Below are positions 1 to 11,320 of a stretch of 64,000 nt of DNA, piece by piece. The number at the start of each line of letters is the position of its first letter. The stretch's first letter is position 1. The notes beneath the pieces are model-generated. The model was not told the origin of the DNA, searched no databases, and saw only the letters and a program-made list of their open reading frames with translations. Source of the DNA: an uncultured Verrucomicrobiae bacterium (GTDB lineage: Bacteria > Verrucomicrobiota > Verrucomicrobiia > Chthoniobacterales > JAATET01); the NCBI GenBank assembly GCA_963719495.1, contig CAVRCI010000013.1, positions 672,001 to 736,000 of the forward strand, in the 5' to 3' direction. Position numbers and translations under genes: made by a program.

Positions 1-1066
1 TAAAAGTGGTAGGCTCGGGACCTTCAATTACCAAGTTGACCTGAAATTTGAATCGGTGGTCATTGTCGTGATCGTCCTTACTTGCCTCATCGAACTGATG
101 GTTGGCGTCATTCGGGGAGGAGGAATCCCTTTGCTGGTCATGTCACGGTCAGGCGCTGGGGGTTATGGTGAATATCGAATTGGATTTCTAACGGTGGTAA
201 CGCAAGGCTCTGCGAAATTCTTGTTTCTGTTTCTCGTCATGAAGTACCTGACGGCAAGGTTGTCTCTGCGAGGCTTTTTGCAAAAGCACAGGTTCCTGAT
301 CTTGGCGGTTGCTGCCTGTCTCCTAATGAACGCTTTGGGTGGCCTCCGTAATCTTGTCCTAGTCCCGAGCGTTCTGGTGCTTTATGTGCTCATCGAACGG
401 ATTAAGGTAACTTGGCTGAGTAAAGCACTTTTGGTCGGGGTATCTACGTCGGTCGGTTTGGTAATATTTGTTATAGTCGGAAATTTCAGGGATGCTTCTG
501 GAAAATTTTTGGGGGATATTCTCAGGGCGTCATCGGGAATTCCGGCGATAGATTCCCTTCTTTCCTGGATCTATTTATACGCGGTGCCCAATGTGCTTAA
601 CCTGAATAGCATCTTGGATCATACAAATATCACTCAGAATGGAGCCTACCTCCTCACGTTGGTTGTCCCTGATCAGTTCCTCTTACTGGCGGGCATAGAA
701 CCCGGGAATTCAGCGATCTACTTCTTGAGGGGGCAACTGCTTCTACCCTACACGGCATCGACGTTTGTAACGGCCTTAGGTGATTTGTATGCTGATCTGG
801 GATGGACGGGTTCACTTGTCGTCGGAGCGTTGTTTTTTCTCGTCCCGGTCGCATTTTACAATTTACGCCACTTCAGGCCTATATTTCTATTTCTTTTCTT
901 GAATTCGTTTAAAGGCCTATATTTCTTTGCACTAAAGTTTTCGTTTCTGACGCCATACGAGTTCCTCCCAGTCGTATTGTTTCTGTTGTTGGTCAGAATA
1001 AGACGCCGCCCGCCGATCGCCCGCATGGCGGAGTCACGAAAGCCGTCTCGTGGAGCGCTTACTTGA
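1..1066 (+). CDS. Polysaccharide polymerase (Wzy-like) membrane protein, 5' end outside window
   Basis: Frame open from position 2; many hydrophobic segments; late 'F.T..GDLYAD.G..G' motif typical of O-antigen polymerases; coupled to GT genes. Confidence 0.65.
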   Translation, partial: KSGRLGTFNYQVDLKFESVVIVVIVLTCLIELMVGVIRGGGIPLLVMSRSGAGGYGEYRIGFLTVVTQGSAKFLFLFLVMKYLTARLSLRGFLQKHRFLILAVAACLLMNALGGLRNLVLVPSVLVLYVLIERIKVTWLSKALLVGVSTSVGLVIFVIVGNFRDASGKFLGDILRASSGIPAIDSLLSWIYLYAVPNVLNLNSILDHTNITQNGAYLLTLVVPDQFLLLAGIEPGNSAIYFLRGQLLLPYTASTFVTALGDLYADLGWTGSLVVGALFFLVPVAFYNLRHFRPIFLFLFLNSFKGLYFFALKFSFLTPYEFLPVVLFLLLVRIRRRPPIARMAESRKPSRGALT

Positions 1067-2232
1067 AAATTCTTGCAGTAAATTCTCTCACCGTTACAGC
1101 GGATGCAGAAGGTGGTGCGGAACGATCCGTCCAGTTAACGTGTGAAGCGTTGCGCAAGCGCGGAGTCCGCGCCTACATAATTGGCTTTTACAAGGAAAGG
1201 CGCGTCACGATTCGATGCGTAAATGGAGTCCCTGTGGTTCGGGTTCCCTTGGTAAATATATATTGGCCGTTTGGGAGTAAACAACGAGGTCAATTAAAGA
1301 GGACGATTTTCAACATTTTGGATTTGTGTAATCCGATCAGCATTGTCTTCGCTGCTCTTGCGATCAGACGAATCAAGCCGGACGTGATCTGGACGAACAT
1401 GATCAAAGGGTGGTCCCCAACGGTCTGGTTGCTGGCTCTTCTAATGAGAGTGCCGGTTGTGGCAACGGTTCGAGAATTTGGTCTCATTTATACCGGATCA
1501 TCGGTCCTCTCAAATCCGGAGGCTCCGAAAAAGCAGCCATTTGTCTGGCGTTTCAACCGATCAATGTCGGGACTGCCAGCGTCTGCGGTTGCTATCAGCG
1601 ATGCAATGGCGGAAATTTACAGGAGCCACGGTTACTTTCGACGACATATCTCCGTAGTCGGGAACCCTGTGGATGGCCCATTTGTGGGGACGGCCAAGAG
1701 CCGGAAGTCCGTCGACGTTGTTCATGTCGGTTGGCTGGGGAGATTTAGCGCGGAAAAGGGTTTGCAAGTTTTTTTGTCGGCCGTGCGTGAGGCGCAGACG
1801 GAGAAACGTTTGCAGTTTCACGTTGCGGGAGATGGAGACGATGGCTTGCTAAGTGCGGTGGAGGAAATGTCCGATTCCGGGGAGTTAAATTATGCGGGTT
1901 TCGTTGACAGTACGGAGTTTTTAAGGAGAATGGACGTGTTGGTCGTAAGCTCCCTCTGGCCGGAACCGTTTGGACGCGTAGTGGTTGAAGCATTCCGATG
2001 CGGGTGCTTTGTGGTTAGCAGCGACAGGGGCGCATTGCCGCAAATCAATGCCAATCCCAAGTGCGGCATGGTGTATGACGGATCTGTCGGAGGGTTGACA
2101 AAGAGCCTTGAAGCGTTGCTCCCGTGGGAGCCAAAAGACCCTCAGGATTTTGCAAATCAAATATCGGCTTATATTCCGGATGCGATTGCGGCCCAATATG
2201 AGGCAATCTTTAATGAAGTGCTATGCCGGTAA
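1063..2232 (+). CDS. Glycosyltransferase family 4
   Basis: GGAERSV N-terminal motif, GRFSAEKG, EPFGRVVVEA (EX7E) GT-B motifs. Confidence 0.9.
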   Translation: MKILAVNSLTVTADAEGGAERSVQLTCEALRKRGVRAYIIGFYKERRVTIRCVNGVPVVRVPLVNIYWPFGSKQRGQLKRTIFNILDLCNPISIVFAALAIRRIKPDVIWTNMIKGWSPTVWLLALLMRVPVVATVREFGLIYTGSSVLSNPEAPKKQPFVWRFNRSMSGLPASAVAISDAMAEIYRSHGYFRRHISVVGNPVDGPFVGTAKSRKSVDVVHVGWLGRFSAEKGLQVFLSAVREAQTEKRLQFHVAGDGDDGLLSAVEEMSDSGELNYAGFVDSTEFLRRMDVLVVSSLWPEPFGRVVVEAFRCGCFVVSSDRGALPQINANPKCGMVYDGSVGGLTKSLEALLPWEPKDPQDFANQISAYIPDAIAAQYEAIFNEVLCR

Positions 2233-2399
2233 CGCCAGGCTCGATTGATTCTTTGGTGTCCGCGCTCACTTCTGTAACGGCAATGCCAAACCATAAAGAA
2301 ATCCAGCGTCGGGCATTTGATACGGCAACCAGTAAGTTCGGTCGAGAGCGCTTTATCTCCGAATTCAAGGATATCGTAGAGGGGCTTCTCAAAGCATGA
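2229..2399 (+). pseudogene. Orphan C-terminal remnant of a GT4 glycosyltransferase
   Basis: Reads VTPGSIDSLVSALT...RAFDTATSKFGRERFISEFKDIVEGLLKA*; stop overlaps next ATG (ATGA); N-terminal part absent. Confidence 0.6.
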
Positions 2400-3571
2400 A
2401 GTTGATGACCATTTTGATAAGCGGGTTTGCTTATCCGTTTGTGGAGGGTTCGCAAATCCAGGCTGGAGAATGGATGAGAATACTGAACCGGGAAGGCTAC
2501 GAAATCAATTTCTGCTTTTTGCAAGCTCCGCGCGGCATTGTGGACGAAGCGAGGTTTAGAGGAGAGTTTCCATTTGTAAAGGAGTTCGTGAAGCTTGGTG
2601 AAGGGCAGTTTTACGGCTGGGATATCGTCCGTGTCATGATTGGGAGGAGAGCCTATTTGAGGAAAATTGAAGCATTGAGGCGTGATTCGGCTGATGGGGA
2701 GCTTGCAATTATGTTAATTGTTGGACTGCCTTGGGCGGGGCTTCTTTGGAATCTTCGCGGTGACTCTCGAATAACGTTCTCTCCAATCGATAGCTACGCA
2801 TTCAGGTTCAGCCGGCAAAGAGAGGCTGCTCAGGGAGTCCTGGCAGCAGTGAAAGCGACCTTATCAACTTGGTTTGCCAAGGTTATCGAAAAGAACTCTT
2901 ACAAATACGCGAGTCGGATTTTTGTGGTCGGAAAATTAGATGCGGTCTGCTTGGAGGGCCTTCTTGGCCGCGAGGTAAATACCGTTCCTCTCGTAAAGAG
3001 AAAGGCCTCGATTGGAACTCCCATTACAGGGGAGAGGGCGATCGACATTCTCTTACTGGGTAACCTTGCTTTTGAGCCTTTGTATCACGGAACCGAGGAG
3101 TTTCTTTCGTGCTGTGCGGATAAAATGCTAAAATTGAGAGAAGATACCCGGATTGTTGTTCAGTCTAGGGCCGATAGCTATTTAGAGAAGTTGGAGGGAA
3201 AATTTAAAGGGGTTGAGTTTGTAAGTTACGTGGATGACTTCGATCAGCTTCTGTCAAACGCTAAAATTGTAGTGCTTGCCGATCTTTCAGGGACCGGTTT
3301 AAAGAATCGAATTCTTGATGCTTTCAGGAACGGCTGTTGCGTAGTATCCACAAAATGGGGGACTGAAGGAATGGGGCTGGAGTCGGGGCGCGATGTAATC
3401 GAGGTGGGCCGTCCATCTGAGATGCTCTATCCATTGATGGATCTTCTTGGAAATGACCTTCGCCGTGCGGAATTGGTGGAGAATGCGGGGCGAACAATCG
3501 ACTCAGCATTTTCATTTGAGAGTGTCAGTCAAAAACTTTTGGAGGCGATGAACTTGCCCGGCAATAGTTAG
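2396..3571 (+). CDS. Glycosyltransferase family 4-like
   Basis: GTGLKNRILDAF...VVST..G.EG motif; C-terminal FSFE helix. Confidence 0.85.
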   Translation: MKLMTILISGFAYPFVEGSQIQAGEWMRILNREGYEINFCFLQAPRGIVDEARFRGEFPFVKEFVKLGEGQFYGWDIVRVMIGRRAYLRKIEALRRDSADGELAIMLIVGLPWAGLLWNLRGDSRITFSPIDSYAFRFSRQREAAQGVLAAVKATLSTWFAKVIEKNSYKYASRIFVVGKLDAVCLEGLLGREVNTVPLVKRKASIGTPITGERAIDILLLGNLAFEPLYHGTEEFLSCCADKMLKLREDTRIVVQSRADSYLEKLEGKFKGVEFVSYVDDFDQLLSNAKIVVLADLSGTGLKNRILDAFRNGCCVVSTKWGTEGMGLESGRDVIEVGRPSEMLYPLMDLLGNDLRRAELVENAGRTIDSAFSFESVSQKLLEAMNLPGNS

Positions 3572-3601
3572 CATCGTTCTGAAACTTGAGTAGTTTTTTA
3601 A

Positions 3602-3777
3602 ATGGATCAGAGTCGCATTCATAACAAACTGTTTAATTCAGCTGGGATGGAGCGTGGGGCGTCTAGTTTTTTGGAAATTTTATGGTATGGAATAAAGGTG
3701 ATGGTGTTTCTCTCGGTCGTCCCTCGGCCTAAGCTTGCTAAGCGTTAGATCCTGATCCGTTTCGGAGCCATGATTCT
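3602..3777 (+). pseudogene. Truncated WcaF-like polysaccharide acetyltransferase N-terminus
   Basis: MDQSRIHNKLFNSAGMERGASSFLEILWYGIKVMVFLSVVPRPKLAKR*ILIRFGAMI resembles WcaF-family RGAS...LW...F...P.P..K..L..FGA.I; in-frame TAG; rest deleted. Confidence 0.6.
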
Positions 3778-3804
3778 AAATAATAAAACTGAATCTAACC
3801 GATT

Positions 3805-4525
3805 ATGGAAAATCTTACATCCCTCCGACTCCGCAAGCTCGCTACAGCACTCGTGAATCCGGTGTGCTGGCGGCCGCTGGCCTGCGGGGTCGCGCCGACA
3901 GTGGATCATCTGCCCGTTCTCCGAAATCTGGATGTGGACCTGATCCTCGACGTCGGGGCGAATCGAGGTCAGTTTTCCCTCGCTAGTCGCATCGCTAAGC
4001 CGGGCTTGCCCATCGTTGCGTTCGAGCCGATTCCCGGCGAGGCAGCGTCTTTCGAAAGGTTCATGATGGGTGTCCATGCGTGCGGTTGAACGAGATCGCG
4101 CTCGGGTCGGAGGATGGCGACGGCAACGCTTCACGTGAGTCGTCGGGCGGACAGCTCGTCGCTCCTGCCGATCGGGCAAGGCACAGCGGGAGATTTTTTC
4201 AGGGACGGAGGAGGCGGGCACGATAGCGGTGCCAGTGCGGAGGCTGGATGGGTATTTGAGTGATCTCGGGGACTTTTCGAAAGGCCTGCTCAAGCTCGAC
4301 GTTCAGGGCTTCGAACTCAAGGTCTTGGAGGGCGCGACGGAGACGCTGACCCGCTGTGCCTACGTCTATGCGGAATGCTCGGCGCGGGAACTTTACGAGG
4401 GACAGGCTCTCTACGGTGAGGTCGCGGGATTTCTCGCCGAGCACGGTTTTCGTGAGATCTCGCGTCATAATGAAATGCTCATCGATGGGGATCTTGTCCA
4501 GGCGGATTTCCTTTTCGGGAGATAG
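3805..4525 (+). pseudogene. FkbM family methyltransferase, multiply frameshifted
   Basis: LDVGANRGQF, FEPIP, IALG, DSSSLLP, VRRLD and LLKLDVQGFELKVLEG motifs lie in different frames. Confidence 0.85.
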
Positions 4526-4527
4526 GT

Positions 4528-4660
4528 GTGATTTTGCCGCTGCTGGTGGAAGGACTGCAAATTTTCATTCCGACCCGGACAGCTTCGATGCTGGATGACG
4601 GTTGGGGTTGGCTCGGGGCGTTGATCGGGCTGGCAGTCGGACAGCTTTGCTGCCGTGGCT
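4528..4660 (+). pseudogene. VanZ-like C-terminal fragment (copy 1)
   Basis: EGLQIFIPTRTASMLD..WG.LGA motif; N-terminus missing. Confidence 0.6.
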
Positions 4661-4797
4661 GGTGGCGGATGACGAGAGCCAATGACAACAATACGAATAC
4701 GGTTTTGAACAGAAGGTAGCGAAGGTAGCGAAGGGATTCAGGGGGGAGTTTCTAATAACCAATAACCATGAACCAACAATCGTTTGTCGGGCGATAG

Positions 4798-4828
4798 GCG
4801 GAAGAGCTTTTGCTCTTCCGCTTTTTTT
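4798..4828 (+). terminator. Intrinsic terminator (related copy at ~28052-28082)
   Basis: GCGGAAGAGC-TTTT-GCTCTTCCGC followed by T7. Confidence 0.75.
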
Positions 4829-6931
4829 GTGTCTTGATCCGGGGGTGGGGAAGGGAAAATCAGTAGCGGTCGGAAAATGGTGGCTGCCGTTGTCCGTGGC
4901 GCTTGCGCTGACCGTCGGCTTCTTCGTTTCAATCTTCTTCCCGGTCCCGTTCGAGACTCACCCAAGAGCAGGCATCGGCTCGCGCGACGCGTCCCGCGCC
5001 GGAGCTCTCGACGCTCAACGCTCGACCCTCGACACCCCCCCCCTGACCTCCGGTTGGGGGGTCGATTCGATCCAATCAGCGGTCGTGCCGCTGGCTGAAC
5101 TGCGCAAGTTTATCGATCGGTTGGGCGATGGCCGCCTGCGCTATCTCCGCGAGCGGGGTCATCCAGCGGTCGATGATGCGGAGGCTTGGACTAAGGGAGT
5201 TTTTGCCTCGTATCGAAAGCTGCAGGCTGCCGGATACGACGTGGTCGGCTGGGCGGGCACACCGGGGCTGACGGCGAGTCATCCCTGGAACTCGCTGCCG
5301 GAGGATTTGCTGGCGGTCTACCGATCGGCGGAGGAATTGGGGCTGAGGACGGCAGATCTGGTGCGGGTCTGGGAGATGCCGAACGAACCGGATATCCTCT
5401 ACTGGGATCTGCCGGATCAACTCGTCGCCTATCAGAAGGCGCTTTATCTGGGTCTCAAGGATGGGGGGAGCGGTGCGGAGGGGCAGGATCAACGTGCAGA
5501 GATCGGAATTGAGCCGGGAGTGCTGATGGGGGCGCTGGGCTTATTTCCGGGGCCCTGGCTCGAGCGGGCGGCCGAGAATGGACTCTTCGACTACACGGAT
5601 GGCCTGAACCTTCATTTTTACGGTCATGCCCGGGACCTGCCGGGCGTCATCGAGTCCCAACGCGAGGTGGCGGCGAGGTGGGTCGACGACCGAAAACTGC
5701 CGGTGTGGCTGACCGAGGTCGGACTGAACGCCCAGCCGTACGGCGAAGTGGAGGACGCGCACGGTCGCGAGTTGCAGCGGGCCTTCACGCTGGAGACGGC
5801 GAAGACGGCGATCTCGGAGGGGGTGGCGGTGTTCATGCCCTTCGTTTTCGTGTAGCCGAACGACAGTTGGTGGGCGTTGGTGCGCGCGTACGGAGAGCCG
5901 TATCCAGCGTGGACGGAGTGACGCCAGGCTGACGCGCGAAGCGGAACTCCAGCGCCAACCGGCGCTGGCTCCTCCCGAGTCGGTGAGTCGGGTGGTTCTG
6001 CAGTGGCGGCCGGATTTCAAAACCTGCATTCCGCAGAAGGTGAGTGCCACCTACTGGTTTCGGGAAAATGGTGGGGTGGCTGAGGCGATGGAGGGGGATC
6101 TGGTGGTCTACAACCTGGCCGGGCACACCGTGGTGGGAGAGGTCGTGCAATGGCGGGGGACGGATTCCGGTGAGCGGTGGAGGCGAACGGTGGAAGTGCC
6201 GCCATTCTCTGCGGTGAGTTTGCCGGTCGAATTCGCTGGCGCGGATCAGGGGTATTCGCGGGAGAAGGTGCGATGGGGATTCGTGCCCCGGGGGGGGGAG
6301 CATCCCGAGTCGTGGTGCGTCATCGGGATCGAGACCCAGCCGAGCGCCGATCGATTGCCGAATGCGGTCGGCGTGCGCGGGACTCGTCCGGTCGGAGGAC
6401 TTCGAAGTGGGCACCAGCGGGGACTTCGAATGGATCTGGGCTCCGGAGCCGTTTGACGTCAGTTCCAGCGGAGGGCCATGGATTGGGATCAATGGTGTCC
6501 AAGTACGAACGAACTCAGAGGCGACAGCGGGGGATTTGGCGGCAGGGGCTGGATTCTCCGTTGACGAGGCGCAGACCAGTCCGACCCGGCCGACGATGGC
6601 GGTCACGAAAGTCGAGGGGCTGCCGACGGTGGAAAACGGATTCGTGCGATTGCGCTTTCCGCGCGGATTCCGGGGTTGGTTGCGGGTTGATCTCATCGAT
6701 GAGGTGGGACAACGCTTCACGGTGGCGCAGGGTCTTGGGCGCAATCCGCACCTGGAAAACGCCGACACCATCTGGCTCGGATACAAAGATTTCCACATCT
6801 ATTCCTTTGGACGGATCACGGGGGACCCGGTCTTCCGACCAGAGGCGATTCGCGAAATCCAACTCCGATTCTACGGGCAGCCCGGGGATGATCCCGTGCG
6901 GGTGAAGTTGGACGTGGTGAGTGACGAGTAG
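4827..6931 (+). pseudogene. Clan GH-A-like glycoside hydrolase, interrupted
   Basis: WEMPNEPD, LNLHFYG, PVWLTEVG motifs; TAG at 5853-5855 and later frameshifts split the C-terminal part; start uncertain. Confidence 0.65.
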
Positions 6932-6949
6932 TTGGTGGCTGGTGGCGAG

Positions 6950-7411
6950 CGGCGGGGTACCAGTTTCATATCGTCTTCTGTTACTAATCAGCTTCTTCGT
7001 TCCCTTCGTTCTCTTCTATAAAAATCGCATTGGTCTTGTCGCGGCTTCTTCGGATTTTGGCTGGTCTCCTGGCGGTCGGGGGTTTTCTCGCGTGCGGGGC
7101 ATTGCCGATGCTGATGGCTGAGTTTCGGTTCATCAGTAAATCCGTCGACGGGGTCGGTCATTCATATTGACACATTTGGAGCTATCGGCATCGGATGACT
7201 GGTGAATGATCATTGGTAGCGGGGTGCCGGTTTCGTCTCGTCTTTTGTGACTATTCAGCTTCTTCGTTTCCTTCGTTCTCTTCTGTAAAATTGCATTGGT
7301 CTTGTCGCGGGTGCTTCGGGTTTTGGTCGGCCTTCTGGCGGTCGGGGGTTTTCTCGCGTGCGGGGCATTGCCGATGCTGATGGCTGAGTTTCGGTTCATC
7401 AGTAAATCCGT
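6950..7411 (+). repeat. Two near-identical ~190 bp direct repeats separated by the 70-bp motif
   Basis: ~6950-7144 vs ~7218-7411 share CAGCTTCTTCGTT.CCTTCGTTCTCTTCT...GGGGGTTTTCTCGCGTGCGGGGCATTGCCGATGCTGATGGCTGAGTTTCGGTTCATCAGTAAATCCGT. Confidence 0.85.
7144..7216 (+). repeat. ~70 bp dispersed motif GGGGTCGGTCATTCATATTGACACATTT...GGATGACTGGTGAATGATCATTGG
   Basis: Co-oriented copies at ~7144, 7611, 9124, 12056, 26465 and (degenerate) 30501. Confidence 0.9.
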
Positions 7412-7465
7412 AACGCCAAAGCTCTCGACGCTCGTCCCTCGTCACCACACCGAAGCAGCTCCGTC

Positions 7466-7499
7466 TTGACGAACAAGTAGGAAATCCTACTGTAGTGGT
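7466..7499 (+). promoter_or_regulatory. Putative promoter with palindromic operator for AbrB-type antitoxin
   Basis: TTGACG at 7466 followed by inverted repeat AGTAGGA-AA-TCCTACT just before ATG 7500. Confidence 0.55.
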
Positions 7500-7612
7500 A
7501 TGAATGCCGTCCTTTCTGAAAAAGGTCAGATCACCATCCCCAAGAAACTCCGCGACGACCTCGGGTTGCTTCCCGGATCGGTCCTGGACTTTCGGGAAGA
7601 GGCTGGCTCCGT
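7500..7612 (+). pseudogene. AbrB/MazE/SpoVT antitoxin, truncated
   Basis: MNAVLSEKGQITIPKKLRDDLGLLPGSVLDFREE, cut at the 70-bp motif. Confidence 0.8.
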
Positions 7613-8071
7613 CGAGGGGTCGGTCATTCATATTGACACATTTTCAGCCTTCGGCATCGGATGACTGGTGAATGATCATTGGTGGTTGGGTAGAGTTCTG
7701 GACAGAAGGGAAAAAAGAATGCGGCGTTTTTGAGTTTTCGGTGCGCGGGCCTTCCCTGCCCTCCGAAATCGGAATTGCCGCCGCGATCCTCTCCGAAGTC
7801 CAGCGTCGTAATCTCGCTACCAGCCGCCTACCACCTCAAACGCCCGGCTTGGCTCATTGTTGGCTCAGCGCGTGCACGACAAGGCATCCGAAGGAAAGGT
7901 GTGCTTGAATTGCAGCAGAAAAAGCTTCTCAACCTACCTGAGATGCGAGTACCCGTGATCTGTGGTTTGGGAGAAACGCCCCGGAGAAAATCCTTTCGAG
8001 GATCATCACAAGACTTACCGGAAGGCAAAAGAGCTGGTCAGCGGGATGTCAGAAGCAGATCTGGACACGGA

Positions 8072-8731
8072 TTGGATCCAGAACAAGCGATCGAACGGTG
8101 GCTCGCGTTCGCCTCGCAAGCCAGCCACGTTCGTGTCACCGGGCAGCGGCAATTTGTTTCGGATCTAGAGTTGATCGAGACCATGGACGCCGAGGCGGCG
8201 AGCCTTTACGCGTTCGTTCGGAGTGACGATTCGACATTTGTTTGCGACGTCCGCGAAGTTGTTCGGCGTGACCTGCCGATTCGCGAGGGCAATGAGCATC
8301 GAGTGTATCGCGCCAACCTCCGAGGAGAAGCACGCGTGATTAAAATCACCCATCCTGGCAAATATGGTCGACGAGAACACACTCCGTTCCAGTATCTCCT
8401 TCGATGGAAGCTGCTCAACCGATTTGCACCGATCATCGATGCCCGGTTGGAGGATTGCTTCATGACCGAGGAGGGCGACTTGTCAATTATCACGAGCATG
8501 CTGTATTTTGCTGGAAAGCACCCGGACGCACTGGTTGCCGATCAATTTGTCAAATCCTTGGGATTTCAACCCCTTCGCGATCCCAGCTCGACTCTCGACT
8601 ACGTGGACTGGAATCGAGGGTTGATCATTCGGGATTGCCATGCTGGTAATTGGATCGTCGCTGGTGACGCGCTGATTCCGATTGATATCATTCCCGAGCA
8701 AATCGGCTCATTGGATGCGGAGGATCACTGA
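8072..8731 (+). CDS. Putative polyvalent-protein-type Ser/Thr kinase (Kinase-PolyVal-like), copy 1
   Basis: GNEHRVY, KITHPG, TPFQYLLRW, DCHAGNWI, PIDII; start TTG 8072 inferred from alignment with copy 3 (ORF open from 7730). Confidence 0.6.
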   Translation: MDPEQAIERWLAFASQASHVRVTGQRQFVSDLELIETMDAEAASLYAFVRSDDSTFVCDVREVVRRDLPIREGNEHRVYRANLRGEARVIKITHPGKYGRREHTPFQYLLRWKLLNRFAPIIDARLEDCFMTEEGDLSIITSMLYFAGKHPDALVADQFVKSLGFQPLRDPSSTLDYVDWNRGLIIRDCHAGNWIVAGDALIPIDIIPEQIGSLDAEDH

Positions 8732-8827
8732 AGCACCGCTGCAATGATAGTCTGAATTCGGACCAGGTGAAGAGCTGACGGTTTCCCACGACAATTCGGG
8801 GAAGCGGCTCGAGGACGCGATCCGCGA

Positions 8828-8935
8828 TTGGTGGCAGGACTGCAAACCTACATCCCGCCCCGGACGGCTTCGATGCTGGACGTCGGTTGGGGGATCCTGG
8901 GAGCCTTCGGAGGATTCGCGATTGGTTTTACCCTT
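8828..8935 (+). pseudogene. VanZ-like C-terminal fragment (copy 2)
   Basis: GLQTYIPPRTASMLDVGWGILGA, homologous to 4528 fragment. Confidence 0.6.
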
Positions 8936-9852
8936 CTTTCGGTGAGATTGACCGCGAATCGACGCGAATTGACGCTAAGGTCAGGAGGCAGCGGCGACAC
9001 GCTCGGTCAAGCGGGAGTCAATGGCGGGTGACGGGGAGTTTCCAATAACCAATAGCTATCAACCAATTATCACCTCCGCCAGAGCGCGTCGGGTCGGGGT
9101 CGGGCGGCATGAAAGGCCGGGTCGGGGTCGGTCATTCATATTGACACATTTGGAGCTGTCGGCATCGGAGGACCGGTGGATGGTCACTGGTGGCGGGGGC
9201 AGCGGAACTTCAGTAATTCGGTAGTTCAGAGTTCGGAGGTCAGTGGGTCTTGAGCACAGCGCCGGTGACAGGGCGGTCGCGGGAGCGACCGAGTCAACGA
9301 AGGAAACGAAGGGTGAGAGTTCGGTTTCTGAGAGATCCGGGAATGCGGCCTGATGCCTAATCGAGCGCAGGGGTGCCAGTTTCGTCTCGGTTTCTGTGAC
9401 GATTCAGCTTCTTCGCTTCCTTCGCTCCCTCCTGTTAAAGATCGCATTGATTTTGTTGCGGGTTTGCCAAGGCGTGATGGGTCTGGTCGCGCTCAGTTTT
9501 CTGAGTGCCAGTTTTAAATTTTTCCCTGGCTGCCGACTTGGCTCACCGCTTGGGCAGCTTCGGGACTGATGAAGTTGCCCGCGAAACACGCGAATCGACG
9601 CGGATGCGTGACTCGTGAAAACGCGATCAATAAAACCGATGGGGTCAAATACGTGCAGAAATCCGAAATCAGCAGCCGGGTTGAGACTCAGCGGACTGAG
9701 TCGGTCGGCCCGGCACTGGATTCGGTTGGTCGGTTGCCGGGAATGAGGATCGTTACGGGCGGCGCGAAGTTTGCTCAGATAAACTGCGTGAGTCTGGACG
9801 ACTCCCGATCCTAGTATGCGGCCCCGATCTCACGACCGGGGCCATTTTTATT

Positions 9853-10629
9853 TTGCGAAACAATCATTTGACCATTCTCGGGATCCGCTTCGACGTGGGC
9901 GGATCGGACCTCGTGGGATCGTTGCGCGCGGGAGGACTCGTCCAAGTGCCCTCGGGCCCTGGGCTGGCCGACGATTTATCGAACCTTTCCGCCTACCGGG
10001 ACGCGTTGCTGGGCGCGGACTTCGTGATCCCGGACAGCGGGTTGATGGTCCTCGCCTGGAATCGGTTCCTGCGTCGACCGGACCAGCCGAGACTGGAGCG
10101 TTACTCGGGGCTGAAACTCCTTCGCGATCTCCTGCCGGAGGCCGACGTGAAGCGGGCGGGGGCGTCGTTCTGGGTGATGCCGACGAAGGCGGAACAGGAG
10201 CACAATCTGGCTTGGCTGCGAGGACGGAGTCACGCGCTAACCGATGACGATTGCTACCTGGCTCCTTATTACCGCGACCGTCTGGGACCGGACGGCGGGG
10301 TGACGGATGCGGAGTTGCTGGCGATGATCGAGCGTCGGAGGCCGGCCTACGTCTTCGTGAATGTCGGGAGCGGGGTGCAGGAACAGCTGGGCTGGTATCT
10401 GCGGAAGCACCTGTCCTACAAGCCGGCGATCCTTTGCACGGGCGCGGCCATCGCGTTTCTCACCGGCGGTCAGGCCCCGATCCCGCCGTGGGCGGACCGG
10501 TTCTACCTCGGGTGGTTGCTGCGGGTGATGCGGAATCCGGCTCGCTTCGGGTCGCGGTATCTGAGCGCGTTCAAGCTAGTGCCGTTGATGCTGAAGTATC
10601 GGGAGCGGCTGCCGCCGCTGAGGGGCTGA
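9853..10629 (+). CDS. WecB/TagA/CpsF family glycosyltransferase (only intact copy)
   Basis: ADFVIPDSG, VFVNVGSGVQE, CTGAAIAF, IPPWADRFYLGWLLR...P.RF..RY. Confidence 0.85.
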   Translation: MRNNHLTILGIRFDVGGSDLVGSLRAGGLVQVPSGPGLADDLSNLSAYRDALLGADFVIPDSGLMVLAWNRFLRRPDQPRLERYSGLKLLRDLLPEADVKRAGASFWVMPTKAEQEHNLAWLRGRSHALTDDDCYLAPYYRDRLGPDGGVTDAELLAMIERRRPAYVFVNVGSGVQEQLGWYLRKHLSYKPAILCTGAAIAFLTGGQAPIPPWADRFYLGWLLRVMRNPARFGSRYLSAFKLVPLMLKYRERLPPLRG

Positions 10630-10963
10630 GGGCCGGAAATACCAATGCGGGACTCGCGCAGAGGCGCAGAGGCGCGGAGAATGATGTAATTGCGGATGCG
10701 GAAGAACTGCGGGAATGTGAATACGGTTTTTGAACATACGATCGCAAAGTTCGCGAAGAGATGCAGCGGGATTGGCCGCAAAACGTCTTAAAAAGGGGTG
10801 ATGAGGAATACCAATACAGGGATTCGCGCGGAGGCGCAGAGACGCAGAGTTGCGAGTGGCGAGTGGCGAGTGGCGAGTGGCTGGGGTTGTTTCTGTCGAT
10901 TTGGCGGAGTCGAATAGTGGTTTGTGGCTGGTGGCGAGCAGACTGTCGTGAGAGAGTTTTGGA

Positions 10964-11320
10964 ATGAAGGTCGGAGAAGCTTCGCAATCGGGCATCGGTG
11001 ATGGTGGTGTCGATGAGTTCATCGCCGATACCGTATCCAGACTCCGGAAGGGTTTGACCCCGGACGCGATTTACTTGTTTGGATCCCATGCACGGGGCGA
11101 TACGACCCCGGACAGTGACGTGGATTTTCTGGTGGTGATTCGCAATTCTTCTCTTCCGCGGCATAGGCGTAGCCAGCTCGCGCGAGCCGTCGCGGCCAAC
11201 ACGTCGTTCTCCAAGGACATCGTGGTCCTCACTCGGGAGGAGTGGGAGCGGGGATTGAGGATTCCGGTTTCCCTGGCCAGCACGGTCCAGCGGGAGGGGC
11301 GACGATTGTATGAACGCTGA
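10964..11320 (+). CDS. Minimal nucleotidyltransferase (MNT) antitoxin, copy 1
   Basis: IYLFGSHARGD...DSDVDFLVV (GSX10DXD). Confidence 0.9.
   Translation: MKVGEASQSGIGDGGVDEFIADTVSRLRKGLTPDAIYLFGSHARGDTTPDSDVDFLVVIRNSSLPRHRRSQLARAVAANTSFSKDIVVLTREEWERGLRIPVSLASTVQREGRRLYER

Noticed and set aside
9569..9814. Repeated 81-aa ORF (also 12308, 26802) as a real gene
   Set aside because: It lies in the duplicated WecB leader, begins inside a 9-mer repeat, has no recognisable motif, and start/stop differ in the third copy.
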